Source: Balanoglossus misakiensis
Lineage: Eukaryota > Animalia > Hemichordata
NCBI GenBank assembly: GCA_040954595.2
Contig: CM082598.2
Span: 4,345,837-4,409,836, forward strand
Direction of reading: 5' to 3'
Length of the DNA: 64,000 nt
The notes beneath the pieces are model-generated. The model was not told the DNA's origin, ran no database searches, and saw nothing but the letters and a program-made list of their open reading frames with translations. Shown here piece by piece: positions 1-13,197 of this stretch. The position numbers and the translations under genes were made by a program. The first letter of the stretch is position 1. The number at the start of each line of letters is the position of its first letter.

Positions 1-3000
1 ACACCTAGAGGGATGACAACAAAAGACTAAATGAACCATGGTTCCAAATCAAAGCTGAAAATTCAGTTTTAAGAAAGTGCCTCACTTGTTTTGGTTGGTC
101 TGTGTTGGCCTAAACGAGTGTCAGTTTATGAAATACATGTACAAAATACCCTTGACTCACATCACAGCAAGACGGTCTGTCAAAGTAATTTTGGGGGCTT
201 GTGGGAGGCTTTTTGAATTTCTTCTGATTTGGCGGCGAAGGTACCTGAGAAACCCCCCACGACGTTTCTGAATGTGGCCATACAACCAGGCAATCCGCTG
301 TCGCTCTCTCTCCTTGTAGTAGTAGGATGCCACCAACCGGCGGAGGCGGAGACCGTAGGCTTCCGTCAGAACAAGGGACAGACATATTCCATATATGGAA
401 CCTAAATAAAAATAATGTAATTTGTATTATCGATGGTGATGGTTGTGGTGGTGGTAATAAAGACCTTGGTGTGAACACATCTACCACCATCTGAGATATT
501 TTTAAATGTATACGTACATTGAAGTTTGTCAACGTCTAGTATGTATGTATGTATGTATGTATGTATGTATGTATGTATGTATGTATGTATGTATGTATGT
601 ATGTATGTATGTATGTATGTATGTATGTATGTATGTATGTATGTATGTGCCAGAGAGGGCGTACTGCCTCACCTATAGTTCGGTACGCCGCCATGTCTGG
701 TGGTTCTGGGTTGGGCAGGCACCTTGTTGTATCAATACTGAAGTTTTTACCGGACATTGGATCAAAGCTAGTGATGACCTCCCTGTACAGGTCAGCAAGA
801 AGTCCTTCACCTTCAACTTGCATATTTACTTGGTGGGGATCTGAAAGTTCAATGGTCGAAGTTCACAAAGGGTGTAACACCTTTAATTTACATATGCCTG
901 TATATGGCTAAAATGTGATGTCATACCAAAAAGGAACCTGGGGTCATGAAGGAGGCCAATTAAACACGCGAACGAGAAACAAAAGTTTGAACCACGACGG
1001 TTCCTGAACACGACTTACTCTGTGACTGAGTATTGACCGCCGCATTCAAACGAATCATGTGCAATAACCAGTGCGCACCATAGTCAGCAGAAATGATTAG
1101 CGCCACCCAGAGGCACTGTGAACACCACAGCAAGAGTCCAGTCAACATGTTGATCTTTTCCATCTTGGCCAGTTTCATGGACGCTAATAATACAATGGAT
1201 AAAGATATCACTGCACAACCTATAATTAACTTCAAAATCACACCACCAGCTCGGTATGGAGATCGCTTGTCTGGACCAAGTCTTATAACATCAGCTTGCG
1301 ATAGATTTAACTAAAGAGCGTATGGTGGCGCTCTTTTTTCGCGTGTGCCACCCTGAAAATCTGTGATTGGCTAGATCTCATTTTTGCCATGGTAACTATA
1401 GCTAACTATCCATAAGTGACCGTATACCTTTAAGAATGATGACATAGAACACACACACAATACACAGCGCTATCAGACAGTGTGTTTTGAACAATTTCGG
1501 GAAATTGACAAATTATATGACTGGGTGAACCTACACGGCTTTATGTAATTGCTCTTTTCGCTTCGACGCAGCGGCAACAACGCCTCCTTGTTCATTGATC
1601 TGCGTCTGTCATCCATCTCAACAAACAATGACGTCACGTAACAATTATCGAACTTGTCCTTGATCAGATAACTCCGCCGGTAAAAATACGCTCTGTGGAA
1701 CAGTAAAAGATGTTGAAATACAGTTTAGATACAGAGAGAAGTCTAAACTATCTTTAGCTATTTCCAATTTTCTCATAGGGTGGGAGACTGTCCAGGGGGT
1801 TACACACCTATCATATGATCTTGTATTAATACTTTGTCTACAAATCGACTGTTTAGTAGCCTGTTTGGTTTTCTCAACTATTTTGAACTTTAAAATGTTA
1901 CATTTTGTTTATCAAGGACTGACATTAAAACTAATCAACTCACTTAAGAAACAGCCAGATTAGCGTCAGGGCTAAACCCCTGCTTGCCCACGCTAACACC
2001 ATCCTAAACACCCGAGTCCGTTGTTCAATTTCTTGAGAAATGCCCTCGGTGATCTCAGAGACAGTCTTAGAGACATCGTTATTCACTGTGAAGTTGTGAC
2101 TCAGGTCAAAGTCAACGTAGAATTCCTTTTCCAGGTCGTCAAGCACCATGATGCAGCCTAAAACGGAAACCGTTTTGCAATAAATCACGAACTTGGCCAG
2201 GAAAATAATGCATTATGAAAGCCGAAAAATCAAAATCAAAGTTAATTCATTTGCTTTCGCATGGAGTTGATGCGAAGTGAGCGCCTTGCTAGAAAACAAT
2301 TGGCCTATTCCAGTGTGTTGGAATTTCTCAGACATAGAGATGTTCCAAACAAACGTGACCAGAAATGATGAAAACCTGACCTGTAGTGATGGTTCCAACC
2401 ACTAACTTAACGATGGCTGCTGGAATAAGACAGAAGAGCTTTGCAACTGAAAAAAAGATGAAAAGAAACTGCAGTAGATGCATAAAACAAAACTATTGGA
2501 AACATAGCAAAATGTTATTGGAATACCCCTTTAACAGTTTACAAAAATGATAGAATAATATGTGATTGTGTGTTGAACAAAATAATTTTAGAACCGTGAT
2601 TTTTCGAACATTTCTTACTTCCGGCTACTGCACAGATATTTTCCACCAAACTAATTATGTTGCACGCAAGTCCTAAGATGGACCCCAGTTTCTTTTTGCA
2701 GTCCTTCTCTGCGTTCTTGAATTTCTCACGACACATGGCTTCTGGCGCCCCCATGCGTTCGTTGCAGACATCAACGATACTGTGCAGCCAATCCACTGCC
2801 TCCTGAACCGCGTCACCTGATGACGTAAGAAGACCACACGCGGTTGATTCAGAGAAGTGATTGGAAAATCGTGAATGTTCATAACACGTCTCCAGCTGAA
2901 GCGAAAATCTAACTTTACAGGTTGGTATTAAAAATCTGTTTAAAAAGGACTGAAATTCGTTTCTGAATTAATTTCATAAGAGAAGCTTCCTGTGCCCTTT

Positions 3001-4307
3001 AATGCTCATTGCGCCCTCACCGGCACCACTCTGCTTGGAGAGATCTAACGTTTTTACACGTACCAACTGCAGAGATTGCGTCAGCAATTGCTTCAAATGA
3101 TGTTTTCACTTCCTGTACGATGTCCTGCATTGATTCCAAGACGTTTTCAACTGAGTCAATAACCGCTAAAGGCAAACAGGAGAAATAAAGAAATACCCAT
3201 TCAGAGAAACGACCGACAGCTATCTTACACAGAATTATAGGGCTTATAGTATTTGTGTGTCGTTTCGATTCTACTGAATGCAGAAAAAGTATTTAAAAAG
3301 ACAGAAAATAGTAGATTTTATCCTTTTAGGTTACAAAGTAGTCATATCCACAAAAGCACAAGGGTCTCACTCACATGTCAAAGGAGCTGTAGCCATATCA
3401 AAGACTTGCTGTGATTGGTTGAAGGCCAAGGAACTGCCGCACGCTTGGCTTTTACTGGCCACGCTCAAATTGTGATTAAGATTCGCCATTGGTCCGCTCA
3501 TGACCAATAGCATGCCGTATGCTAATAAGACAATGCGACCAGTGCCTGCAAAATGACAACATATCACTGGATGATGGAACAAGACCAATGGAAGCTTGGT
3601 TTCTCTTAATTTGGCATGCTTTGCTTAGATTATAGAAAAAAGACTCTGGCATGTGATGATATCCACTATTTGAAGACGGAGCCATCTCATTGGAAACTTC
3701 AACAGAATCAAAATCACAAACAACTGATATCGTGGGCACCGAGAAGACCATATGAAACAACATACAGCCTTAAATACTGAGACAACATCGCTCAAAATCA
3801 GAATCAGAAACGCGTAAATAAACTCAGATGTAATACAATCTCTAATCTTGTCGGCACATGACAGAAGCAGAAGAGCCAGATCGACGATAATACTGGGAAA
3901 AAATTAAGATGAAGAATCTTCTTACTTGAGAACAACTGTGGAATCATCAACAACGTCATGCATCGAACGGGAGAACTAAACGCAAGACCAAAGCATAGCA
4001 ACGCTCCCAATATGGCGGCCAGCAACGCCGCATAGATAATCCCACAGTCCAACTTGAAGATAAAGAAAGCGTAGAAGAATGTCGTCAAAATCAGACCGGA
4101 TATAAACCCCAGGATATTTACAAAGACAGCGTTAGCGTAAGACCCTTCTTCAAATATGCCTAGTCTCCCTAACGTTCCTTGGCAGAGCCACACGATGCAT
4201 CGACGGAGGAAACCTGGGCGATAATCGTCCACATTTCCCTCGCCATCTTCGATCTCCTCAGCCTTCTTCTCGGCTGCTTTCTTGGCGTACTTGATAAACA
4301 AGAACAT
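1..4307 (-). CDS. DCST2: DC-STAMP domain-containing protein (DCST1/DCST2, sneaky/SPE-42 family); 3' end lies beyond the left edge of the window
   Basis: Frame-consistent GT-AG exons on minus: 4307-3926, 3545-3375, 3165-3064, 2816-2619, 2446-2381, 2157-1944, ~1692-1535, 1183-1019, 840-673, 401-161; next acceptor at ~5. Family motifs: N-terminal TM helices and 'RC..LL.IPQLFS..GR..LL', Cys-rich ectodomain, 'AYFYRRSYLIKDKFDNCYVT..F...D.RR......LLPLR..E', 'EAYGLRLRRLVASYYY.ERERQRIAWLY'. DCST1 versus DCST2 is not resolved by eye. Confidence 0.88.
539..647. repeat. (ATGT)n microsatellite, intronic
   Basis: Direct tetranucleotide repeat; source of the spurious MYVC/HTYI ORFs. Confidence 0.97.
1310..1433 (+). 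mobile_element. Partial copy (right end) of the TTAA-flanked MITE seen complete at 48459-48643
   Basis: Shares 'tatggtggcgctcttttttcgcgtgtgccac..ctgaaaatctgtgattggctagatc...gtgaccgtatacct-TTAA' with the 48.5 kb copy. Confidence 0.8.
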
Positions 4308-5505
4308 GTCTTTTCAGGGAAAGACGGAAACATGATCAAGATTTTACGGAAGATGTGCGCGGCTTTCGCGTCGCATTTGTTCCAAAGTTCCCAGTGACCC
4401 TTCGAAAAACGAAATCAGTGGAACGACATTCGCATTTCCGGCCGAATCCGCCAAACTGGCGCCCGGAAACATTCTAATGATTCGACGACACGCGCGCCGC
4501 TTAATTTACCATCGCTGACAACATTCATAAAAAGAACACGCATTGCTGCATGCTGAACGTAAAAAAATACTGTTCTGTTTTTTTCTTTGGATTGTCGGCT
4601 CCTGGTATCTTGAAAATGTTCAAAATCCCTAAACCCTTTTGACATTGCTCAAAACTGTAAACACACGAATAAAAGCATAAAGCCAAGAAAGGGCTCTTTG
4701 GAAAAGAAAGAGTTCAAACTATGGAATTGCGATGTAAAATTTCAGTAAGACGAATAAAAGTTTTTTTAAGAAATATATCGTAAATTTGTTAATATTAATT
4801 GGTAAGAGGTGTATCCACAAATACTGGTTACATGAAAAGAAAATTCCCTTACATCATGTTGAAGTGCGAGTTTACATTAAGGTAAAAAATAAGACGAGAA
4901 AATTCACAATTACGGCGACAGATCAAATAATTTGAGACAATTCTTTTCACTGACACATATAAAATTTTGTACTATTGTTTTGTGTTATTCTTGATTGTAC
5001 ATGTCCATATTTTTGCTGTAAACTTTTGTAGTATGAAACCTTTGTGCAGAAATAATTTCAATAAAAGAAAATAAACAATAAAAAAAGCCATGGAGAAACA
5101 GTTATAAGCGACAATTAATTATCTTGAACGCTCCAGAGATAAAACAACAGGCCTAAAACCATTTCAAATTTCGTAAACCTCAAAGTGGGTATGAAAAGAA
5201 AAACAAAAGTTTCAAGACGAGATTGTGTGTATATTTTGCAAAGCAACATTCATTCCCAAAATCCCCCCCCCCCACTAATTCAGAGAAACCTTGCCTATCC
5301 AGAATATTATTAAAACGGGAAGCAGTATCTAAGCAGAACGTCGTCGTTTAAACCACTCCAGCCGCCCACGCCACGACCACGGAGGCTGTTGTTGTTGTGA
5401 GCAGGACAAACTGGCATGGCACGACACAGAGAGACGACAACACTGATGTTAGCCGTGCCACTGAGACATTTTGCAGCTTTACAAACAGTCCAGCCATGTG
5501 TCTGC

Positions 5506-5586
5506 TAAGCCTGGCATCCAGACCGCAGTGTGTTTTAGATTCACCCACAGGAATCTAAAACACACTGCGGTCTGGATACAAGGCTA
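5506..5586. mobile_element. Short palindromic (hairpin) MITE-like element
   Basis: Perfect 27-bp arms atccagaccgcagtgtgttttagattc / gaatctaaaacacactgcggtctggat around an 8-nt loop, extended by imperfect agcct..aggct ends. Confidence 0.75.
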
Positions 5587-5653
5587 TGTGTCGTGCTGGC
5601 ACACCGCTGTCTGGCGTTGCAGTCACTGTTGCAACTCGCGCCGTACTGGTCAT

Positions 5654-6113
5654 GATAGGTCAGTAACGTTACAGTAGCCAGTGCGTTGTCGTTCAAAAAT
5701 AATGACCCCTGTTCTCAAAACAAAGCAGGTTGTGAGGAAACATCGTGTACTGAACCGAATAAATCGAATCGCGTGAGGAGTACGGTGCCCAGAGTACACG
5801 AATCTATCCGTTAACTACCCAGCTTTGAGGTGAAAAGGGGGCCAGTTCGCTTTTAGCTAAATGCTGCAGACAGTCTGTCTAGATGATGAAGGGATAGGTC
5901 TGTAACGTTACAGTACGTTGTCGTTCAAAAATAATGACCCCTGTTCTCAAAACAAAGCAGGTTGTGAGGAAAGATCGTGTACTGATCCGAATAAATCGAA
6001 TCCCGTGAGGAGTACGGTGCCCAGAGTCCACGAATCTAACCGTTAACTACCCGGCTTTGAGGTGAAAAGGGGGCCAGTTCGCTTTTAGCTAAATGCTTCA
6101 GACAGACGTCTAG
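5654..6113. repeat. Tandem duplication of a ~230-240 bp non-coding unit (2 copies)
   Basis: gataggtc..gtaacgttacagta..cgttgtcgttcaaaaataatgacccctg...gcttttagctaaatgct..tctag starts at 5654 and 5893 with few mismatches. Confidence 0.92.
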
Positions 6114-6551
6114 TTGTAGGGGTCAGTATAGTACACTGTCCGCCGTAATATGAGTAAACCGACACGTCCAGCATTGGTGTCCCCAATCGCAACCGTCTGC
6201 CAATCTCTACTTTCCGCTCACTCGACCAGAAAGACTACAAATCATTGCTTCTTAGCCGTGGAAAAGGGCAGTGAAGCGGCGTGTCCGACTAGCTGTCGTT
6301 GTGTGATGTACACTGCCTCGTTGCCCTCGTTCAAATGACCTCTGTCGCGCGGGCGCGCCCGCCAAATAAGGAGATGTCGGCGCCACCACTGTGACCAGCT
6401 GTCGCGCCTGTAGACCAGCTGATGTCTGCCTAGCATCCTATTAGTCTACTACACCACACATACTACAGACGCGGCGGTTTACCCAAATAGTGTCGCGTCA
6501 ACAGTAAACCAATTTTGAAACTGGGAGAACGATTTTATAGGAAAGTCATAC

Positions 6552-6610
6552 GCGATACATCCCTCTATCAAGTGATGTCAGAGGGCATTGTTGAGAGCGA
6601 AAGAAAATAA
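6552..6610 (+). pseudogene. 3'-end remnant of a third copy of the ABM-like gene
   Basis: Translates DTSLYQVMSEGIVESERK*, matching the C-termini [15 protein letters not shown] and DTSLYQVMPEGVMDK* of the two intact paralogues; no upstream exons visible. Confidence 0.8.
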
Positions 6611-8018
6611 TCTAGAGAACTTTGAAGTGCTGCCTCTAAAATCACTGAATTGACAGCGAAGCATTCTGAACAGTACACAGTAATGTACGGATATCTTTAC
6701 TGGTTACGTTGCCCGTATTATTTTCGCGTTTTCTGTATACCTTAAATTTTAAGATATATTTGTTTGTACAGTTGGAACTCCCCCAGATAAAAGCTGATTG
6801 TAAAATTGGTTATATATGAATAAAATGAAGGAACCCGTGGTTATTCAGTGCTTTATCTGAACACATTACCGGTACTTCATTGGCTACAACCTTACTATAC
6901 GCGCACACATATTGCACGAATTCGGAGATGTACAAAAACATCACATAAGTCAAAATTTTGCTATATCTGGTAATTATAATAAGACACCGACGGTGAGTTA
7001 AGGAGCCTCGTCGACTGGTCTGGCTATCATATTACGTAAACGCTTCAGAGAAATTGTTGCGAGCGGGTCGAACTTCACAAGGTAAGAATCGAAGTTTCAT
7101 CGCCACGATAGAAATGCCCAGTCTTCATTCCACTTTTCATGTGTTCATTTTTCCCGGCGTGACGTCATTCTCGAAAACACTTTCGGTTGTAGTTCGGGTT
7201 CCCTTCATGCAGTGAGTGGTCAATGCGGGCAACAGTGCATGTGCAGAAATGCTATGACAGATTAACAATTTCCTTACGCAAGTTATTTAACAAATAGTAG
7301 AGTAGCCGTGCGCTGATCAATACAATATAGACTAAGGTTTTACAGGACTCTGAGATCAACTGACCTACGTTGGAGGATATTAATCTTTTGGAGACGTGTA
7401 GTCTTCTTCATCTTCATGTCTCCGAAAGCTTATGCTCCAGCAGTTAATCTCAGAGTGGTTTCAAAGTTCAGTCTTTATATTGCAAGTGATTTGAGAAAAT
7501 CCTGCCATTTGGAACTGGGCTGCCAAATGAAATGTAAACGATGTAAAATAAACAAGCTGGGTGTATAGCCTACTTCAACGTTTTCTTTTGTTTTTGCTTT
7601 TTGCGGGCTTTGTAAGAGGAACAAATGCTGCTTTCAATGTCAATATGAAAAAGTCAAGTTTAAACAGTATCGCATTCATCACCCCATCTGTAGCTGTAAT
7701 CTCTGTTTGTGTATGTGTTCATCAAACAATTTATCTCAGACCTGTACGTGCACACAAAGATGCGCATGCTCGGTGCGATTGCTAGTGGTATGTAAGAGAC
7801 AGAAAGGACAAAGTGTGAAGGATTCTAAGCATTTAAGAAAAACTTTAATACTTTGTGTTTCTTGCTGAACATAAGTGTTAATATTAAATCTGTCTGATGT
7901 ATGGTTATTCGCACACAAGTTTACCTGTTATCATAATGACCACTAGTCCTAATCAAATCTCTGAGTTTAACACATCTAAAATCTTCTCCTTTTCAGATTC
8001 TGTGATAAAAAACGCAAA

Positions 8019-9396
8019 ATGTCGGTGAAGTGGCACATAATTTTGAACTTCTTTGAAGAGATTGGGGGATTCAGTAGGGAGGAGTTTTTCAATGGATGGA
8101 AAGAAACTGGAGTTTGTGTCGATAAGAATCCACACTTCTTCAGAACACAGCTCCACAAGAATTTGAAGGAAGAAGGTATAAATAACTAGTTGTTGTTGTT
8201 GTTGGTGGTGGTGGTGGTGGTAGTGGTGGTGGTGATGATGATGATGATGATGATGGTGATGGTGATGATGATGATTGTGGTGGTGGTGGTGGTGGTGGTG
8301 GTGAGCTGTTGGTCATATCAAGTCAGTCTGCACAGTTACTATTACAAGCATATAATATTTATTGTTTATTTTCAGGGGTGTATAAATTCGTTAATTACGC
8401 TCATTTTGACAGCGATGAATTCGTAGGATTCAGACATGAACTTGCTGATCCTAAATGGATAGAACAAATGAAGAAAGGTCAACAGCAAGGAGTCCTGGCA
8501 TATCCGGGTTAGAATATACCAAATACTAGTAGATTAGAATTCATGGTATTCTTTGCTTTACCTCTACCTAAATTATCAAGAACACTCGCCCATCTATGAT
8601 GGGTTACGCTCATTTACATTTTGCTGACTCACATGAGGTTAAAAATTAGAAAACAAGGATATGAACTTTTTTCACGTAGGAAACCACAAGTACATATCGC
8701 TTCGGATAATCAGCACGTACATTTATTTCTTCACAGGGGGATTCTTTGAAATTGCAACTTTTGATGGAAAACCTATCGCTCCTGCTCTTCCAGACTGTGA
8801 TTCATCCATCTTTCTCATTTCTCCATACGAGGTTTGTATGTCTGTGTGTCTGTGTGTGTGTCTGTCTGTATGTATGTATGTATGTATGTATGTATGTATG
8901 TATGTATGTATGTATGTATGTATGTATGTATGTATGTATGTATGTATGTATGTATGCACATTGTATGTTTGTATCGGCAATGGTAGCCAAACTTGCTGGC
9001 TAACCGAAAAGCTTACATATTTTCACATGTAGTTTGCTTATAGTACATATCCAAATAGATCTTAGTATTTGCATTTAATTTTGGGGGCTTTTTTAGGTTG
9101 GCACTGGAGTAGATACATCGAACTTGGAGAAGACCTGGAAAGAATGGTCTGGAGCCGACAAAATGGCGGCGAAAGATTCGGAGTATGGGTTTAAAAACGC
9201 CGGGTTGTATAAGCGCTTCACCGACCACGGCAAATTCATGTACGTCGTGCGTGCAGAGTTGACGGGGCTCTCTGCAAATCTGCCGAAGGGTTGGGAGCTG
9301 GTCGAGTCGGTACGGGGTATCAAGCTCCCCGATGGGGTGACTCGTGGCGATACATCCCTGTATCAAGTGATACCGGAGAGTATTATGGAAAAATGA
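8019..9396 (+). CDS. Uncharacterised ~228 aa protein with two ABM (antibiotic biosynthesis monooxygenase)/dimeric alpha-beta-barrel-like halves, copy A
   Basis: Exons 8019-8175, 8376-8507, 8737-8831, 9097-9396, all GT-AG and frame-consistent; probable non-coding exon ending ~7081. Protein [63 protein letters not shown]...[12 protein letters not shown]...[10 protein letters not shown]. The N-half follows the ABM pattern (N-x-F, F...W, P-x-F-xx-T-x-LH, F-V-N-Y-A-x-aromatic). No signal peptide. Confidence 0.85.
8867..8955. repeat. (ATGT)n microsatellite in intron
   Basis: Direct repeat; the homologous intron of copy B (11645-11754) carries the same array. Confidence 0.95.
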
Positions 9397-10730
9397 AAGA
9401 AAATAAAACTCTGCAGGAAGTAGCAAGATTTGGTTAACCCTGTCTTTGAAATTGTACCTGTATAATGAGAGTTACATGCTTATATATATGTAAATGAAGT
9501 TGATATATCTTATCCTATAAGAATAATTTCGCGTCTTATGCTGCAACACATAACAGTATACACATGATGACTGACAATGAGGGCAACAGTGTATTTTGAT
9601 GACCGAGGGCGCTGCTTGTCGCAACTAAAACAGACTGTTTTGGTGTGACTGGCAGTCCCGAGGTCATCAAAAATACACTGTTGCCCGAATATGTCAGTCA
9701 TCATGTGTTTTATAACACACCAAACCGATCGAACTGATGCCCCCAAAAGTCCGAATTAAAGCTACATTTGGTGAAATACTGACGAGTGAGTTAAGGAGTC
9801 CCATCGACTGGCCAAGCTATCGTATTACACAAACAGTTCGAGAGAAACAGTTTGGGTGAACTTCACGAGGTGAGTATCGAAGCTTCATCGCGTCGATAGA
9901 AATACATGTACGCAATGTTCATATACACTAGACTTCGTCAGTTTCTCACGCGCGCCTTCTTTGTCTCAATTAATTAGCAACGCAACGCCGGCGCTACCAG
10001 TGGGCAATGTTTCGGCATCTGTGCCAAAGTCCAGTTGTCTGGGTAAGCTCAGACATCGATCCAGCTTGTACTAGCTAAACGTAAACAACTTTGCGCAGTG
10101 TAACAATGGACAAAATGGCACAAGCGGCTGCCGAGAGTATACTCCTTATCCACGATGAATGAATTCAGTTCCCCGAGCGTCGCGTTGGCCTTGAAAACAG
10201 TATGAGCTGATGTGTCCCGGTTTCTTTATTCAGTGAGTGGTCAATGCGGTCAGCGGCCCAGAAATGCCAGACAGGTTGGCAATATCTTACTCAAGAAGCG
10301 AGATGTTCGATTTAAGACAACATTCAATTGTCCTTTGACACTGGGCTGCCAAATGAAATGCATGCAAATAAAGCAGCTGTATTGTCTGCTTCAATCAGTT
10401 ATTTGCGCTTGGGATTAGGAAGTGGGACAGACACTGCTAACTATGTCAACATGAAAAGGTCGGGTTTAAACAGTCTGGCATCCGTCACCCTTCTGTCAAG
10501 TCTCTGTATACGCGTATGTCTTCCGCGCACAATGTATACACATATGCACATGCTCATTTGCAGTAGAGCGGCAGGTAACTGGTTTTCGTATTCAGTATGT
10601 GGTTGCCATGATTTGTTTGTCTGTCTGTGTTCTGCCTCCCCTCCCTCTCTCTCTCTTTTAAATGAAGGCTAATCCTCATCAACACATATCTCAAAATCTT
10701 CTCAGATTTTCAGAGTGATATAAACGCAAT

Positions 10731-11725
10731 ATGTCTGTGAAGTGGCATATCATTTTAAACTTCTTTGATAAGATTGGAACAGCCGGGAGAGAAGCGTTTT
10801 TCAATGGATGGAAACAGACAGCGATTGCTGTTCAGAAGAATCCCCACTTCTTCAGAACGCAACTCCACAAGAACGTGGATGAAGAAGGTATAAAGAACTA
10901 TGGTTGTGGTGGTGGTGGTGATGATGATTATGGTGGTGGTCGTCGTCATGGTGGTGGTGGTGGTGGTGGTGGTGGTGGTGGTGGTGATGATGATGATGAT
11001 GATGATGATGATGTATTGTGATGGTGGTTTGGGTGGCGGTGGCGACCTGATGGTCATACACTAACGCCCCTAAATAGTGCCTGAACCAAATCATCAAGTT
11101 AGCCTGCACAGTTTACCGTTACAAGCATATTATATTGATTCCTTGCATTTTCAGGGGTGCACAAATTCGTTAATTACGCTCATTTCGACAGTGATGAATT
11201 CGCAGGATTCCGACATGACCTTGCAGGTCCTGAATGGATTGAAAAACTAAAGCTGTTTGACAAGAAAGGAATACGGGCATATCCGGGTAAATGTATACCA
11301 AATAAATTAAAATTTATGGTCGTCTTTGCATTCATTCCACGTATCAATATGCAAACATTTTTTTACTTTTAAAGAACAATGAGAGTCTGGGAAATTTAAA
11401 AATCGAAACTGTGAACTTTGACATTTACAGCCCAGGGATCGTCGTCTTGTAAATCTGTTAGTTCCCATGCAACCTTAGCTAGATTACTGAACAGACTGAA
11501 TGCATGGTCTTCAATTTATAAAACTACATGTACACATATTTTTTCACAGGAGGGTTCTTTGAAATTGCAACTTTTGATGATAAGCCTGTCGCACCTGCTC
11601 TTCCAGAAAGTGATTCATCCGTCTTTCTCATTTCTGCATACGAGGTATGTATGTATGTATGTATGTATGTATGTATGTATGTATGTATGTATGTATGTAT
11701 GTATGTATGTATGTATGTATGTATG

Positions 11726-11757
<32 letters not shown>

Positions 11758-12103
11758 GTATGTGTGTGTCAGTATTTTTATTCCGTTACGTGTGCGTTTT
11801 CTTTAGGTTGGCGCTGAGATAGATACATCGAACTTGGAGAAGACCTGGAAAGAATGGTCTGGAGCCGATAAAATCTCGGCGAAAGATTCGGAGTATGGAT
11901 TCAAAAACGCGGGGCTGTACAAGCGCTTCACCGACCACGGGAAATTCATGTACGTCGTGCGTGCAGAGTTGACGGGGGTCTCTGCAAATATGCCGAAGGG
12001 CTGGGAGCTAGTCGAGTCGGTTCGAGGTATCGAACTCCCCGATGGGGTGTCTGGAGATACATCCCTCTATCAAGTGATGCCGGAGGGAGTTATGGACAAG
12101 TAA
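10731..12103 (+). CDS. ABM/dimeric alpha-beta-barrel-like protein, copy B (tandem paralogue)
   Basis: Exons 10731-10887, 11155-11286, 11550-11644, 11807-12103, with the same exon structure and phases as copy A; homologous non-coding exon ending ~9869. Duplication period ~2.75 kb. Confidence 0.85.
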
Positions 12104-12767
12104 AATAAAATAGTGTTGAAATGTAAATTCACGGAACTAGGCGCTATGATAGTTGCAAATAAAATGTAGTTTTTGATATGATGGGTGTTAACTTGTTAGA
12201 ATAATCGTGCTGCAATAAAAATATTTCCATCAAAGTAAGTTCTGAATTTACGTAATATATAGTCCTCAATAGATGGTCGCAAAGGAAAGTAAAAACTTAT
12301 ATTAGTTTTGAATCTTTTCAAACATTGATACGATGGTGAGAATTATAGGACCGATGTGTATCGTTGTGGAACGATGTAATCTTCACGTAAAGCAAGTAAA
12401 AGAGACAGCAGAAGTTACATGATTCTGTAGCAGTGCACCTTGCAGACTGCACTACACGATTACGAAGAGATTCAGTTCTGAGCGGGCGCTCAGCCGCACT
12501 TTCTGTGACCCGTATAGGCAATGCAACGGTGCGTCTGTACACGACTGCATCTTACAGTCTGCATGATACCCTAGCTGGCCTTGGGACCGTCGGGCATTCT
12601 ACACTAGGCCATTCATCATCACTTATTTTTAGGTGTGCTACGCCAGCACCGCAGAAAACCTTTGTTATTAAAAAAGTAATTTATATTGCGTGGTGCACGT
12701 ACATGTAGGCCTATATATCATTATACGTGTGCAGAAAGAATAGGGTTTGTCTGACACATGCACCGTC

Positions 12768-12950
12768 ATGGGATGGATCCTGTTCAGAGTATAGTTGTCA
12801 TATTGTCCATTTTAATCCACTCAGTGGTTTCTCGACCGGCATACCTGTCCCAGAGTGAAGCGTTTGTAGCTGCCGACTCCTCGTTTGCAACTGGGAGTGA
12901 GATCGATCTCCATGGCAACTGAAAGAGGCTGAAATTCGGAAAGGAATTCA
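12768..12950 (+). pseudogene. Degenerate copy of the 5' half of ADA2 exon 1
   Basis: Reads IVVILSILIHSVVSRPAYLSQSEAFVAADSSFATGSEIDLHGN* versus the functional [42 protein letters not shown]; out of frame with its ATG and carries an internal stop. Confidence 0.75.
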
Positions 12951-13197
12951 AACGAGCCTGTACCCACCAATACGTGTAATTCACAAATACACAAATAATA
13001 GCCATAAATAGTATAAAAAGGTGCTCGGGGTCATATTGTTTTACATGTATACTCATACATTGATGTTCTGATTGGTCATTCCGTGGTATGTTGTCTAAGG
13101 TATGTCAAGTGGCGCTTTCGATAGTTTGCTCACTATTAAAACCTGTGAAAGTAACGACAGGCTACCACGCACAGGTGGCAGAGAATTCGCGTGCACC

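Noticed and set aside
506-911. ORFs with MYVC/HTYI repeats (also at 8661-9032, 11418-11806, 29755-30182) and INQS repeats (30441-30818)
   Set aside because: Translations of intronic or intergenic tetranucleotide microsatellites, which lack stops in several frames.
10755-11109. Poly-His, poly-Thr and poly-Gly/Asp ORFs (and poly-Val/Met at 8190-8426) that look like metal-binding proteins
   Set aside because: They derive from (GGT)n/(GAT)n repeats inside the first coding intron of the ABM-like genes; the GT donor precedes the repeat in both paralogues.
8019-12103. Bacterial contamination or recent HGT for the ABM-like genes
   Set aside because: Both copies have spliceosomal introns with host-type microsatellites and sit among animal genes; only an ancient transfer remains possible.
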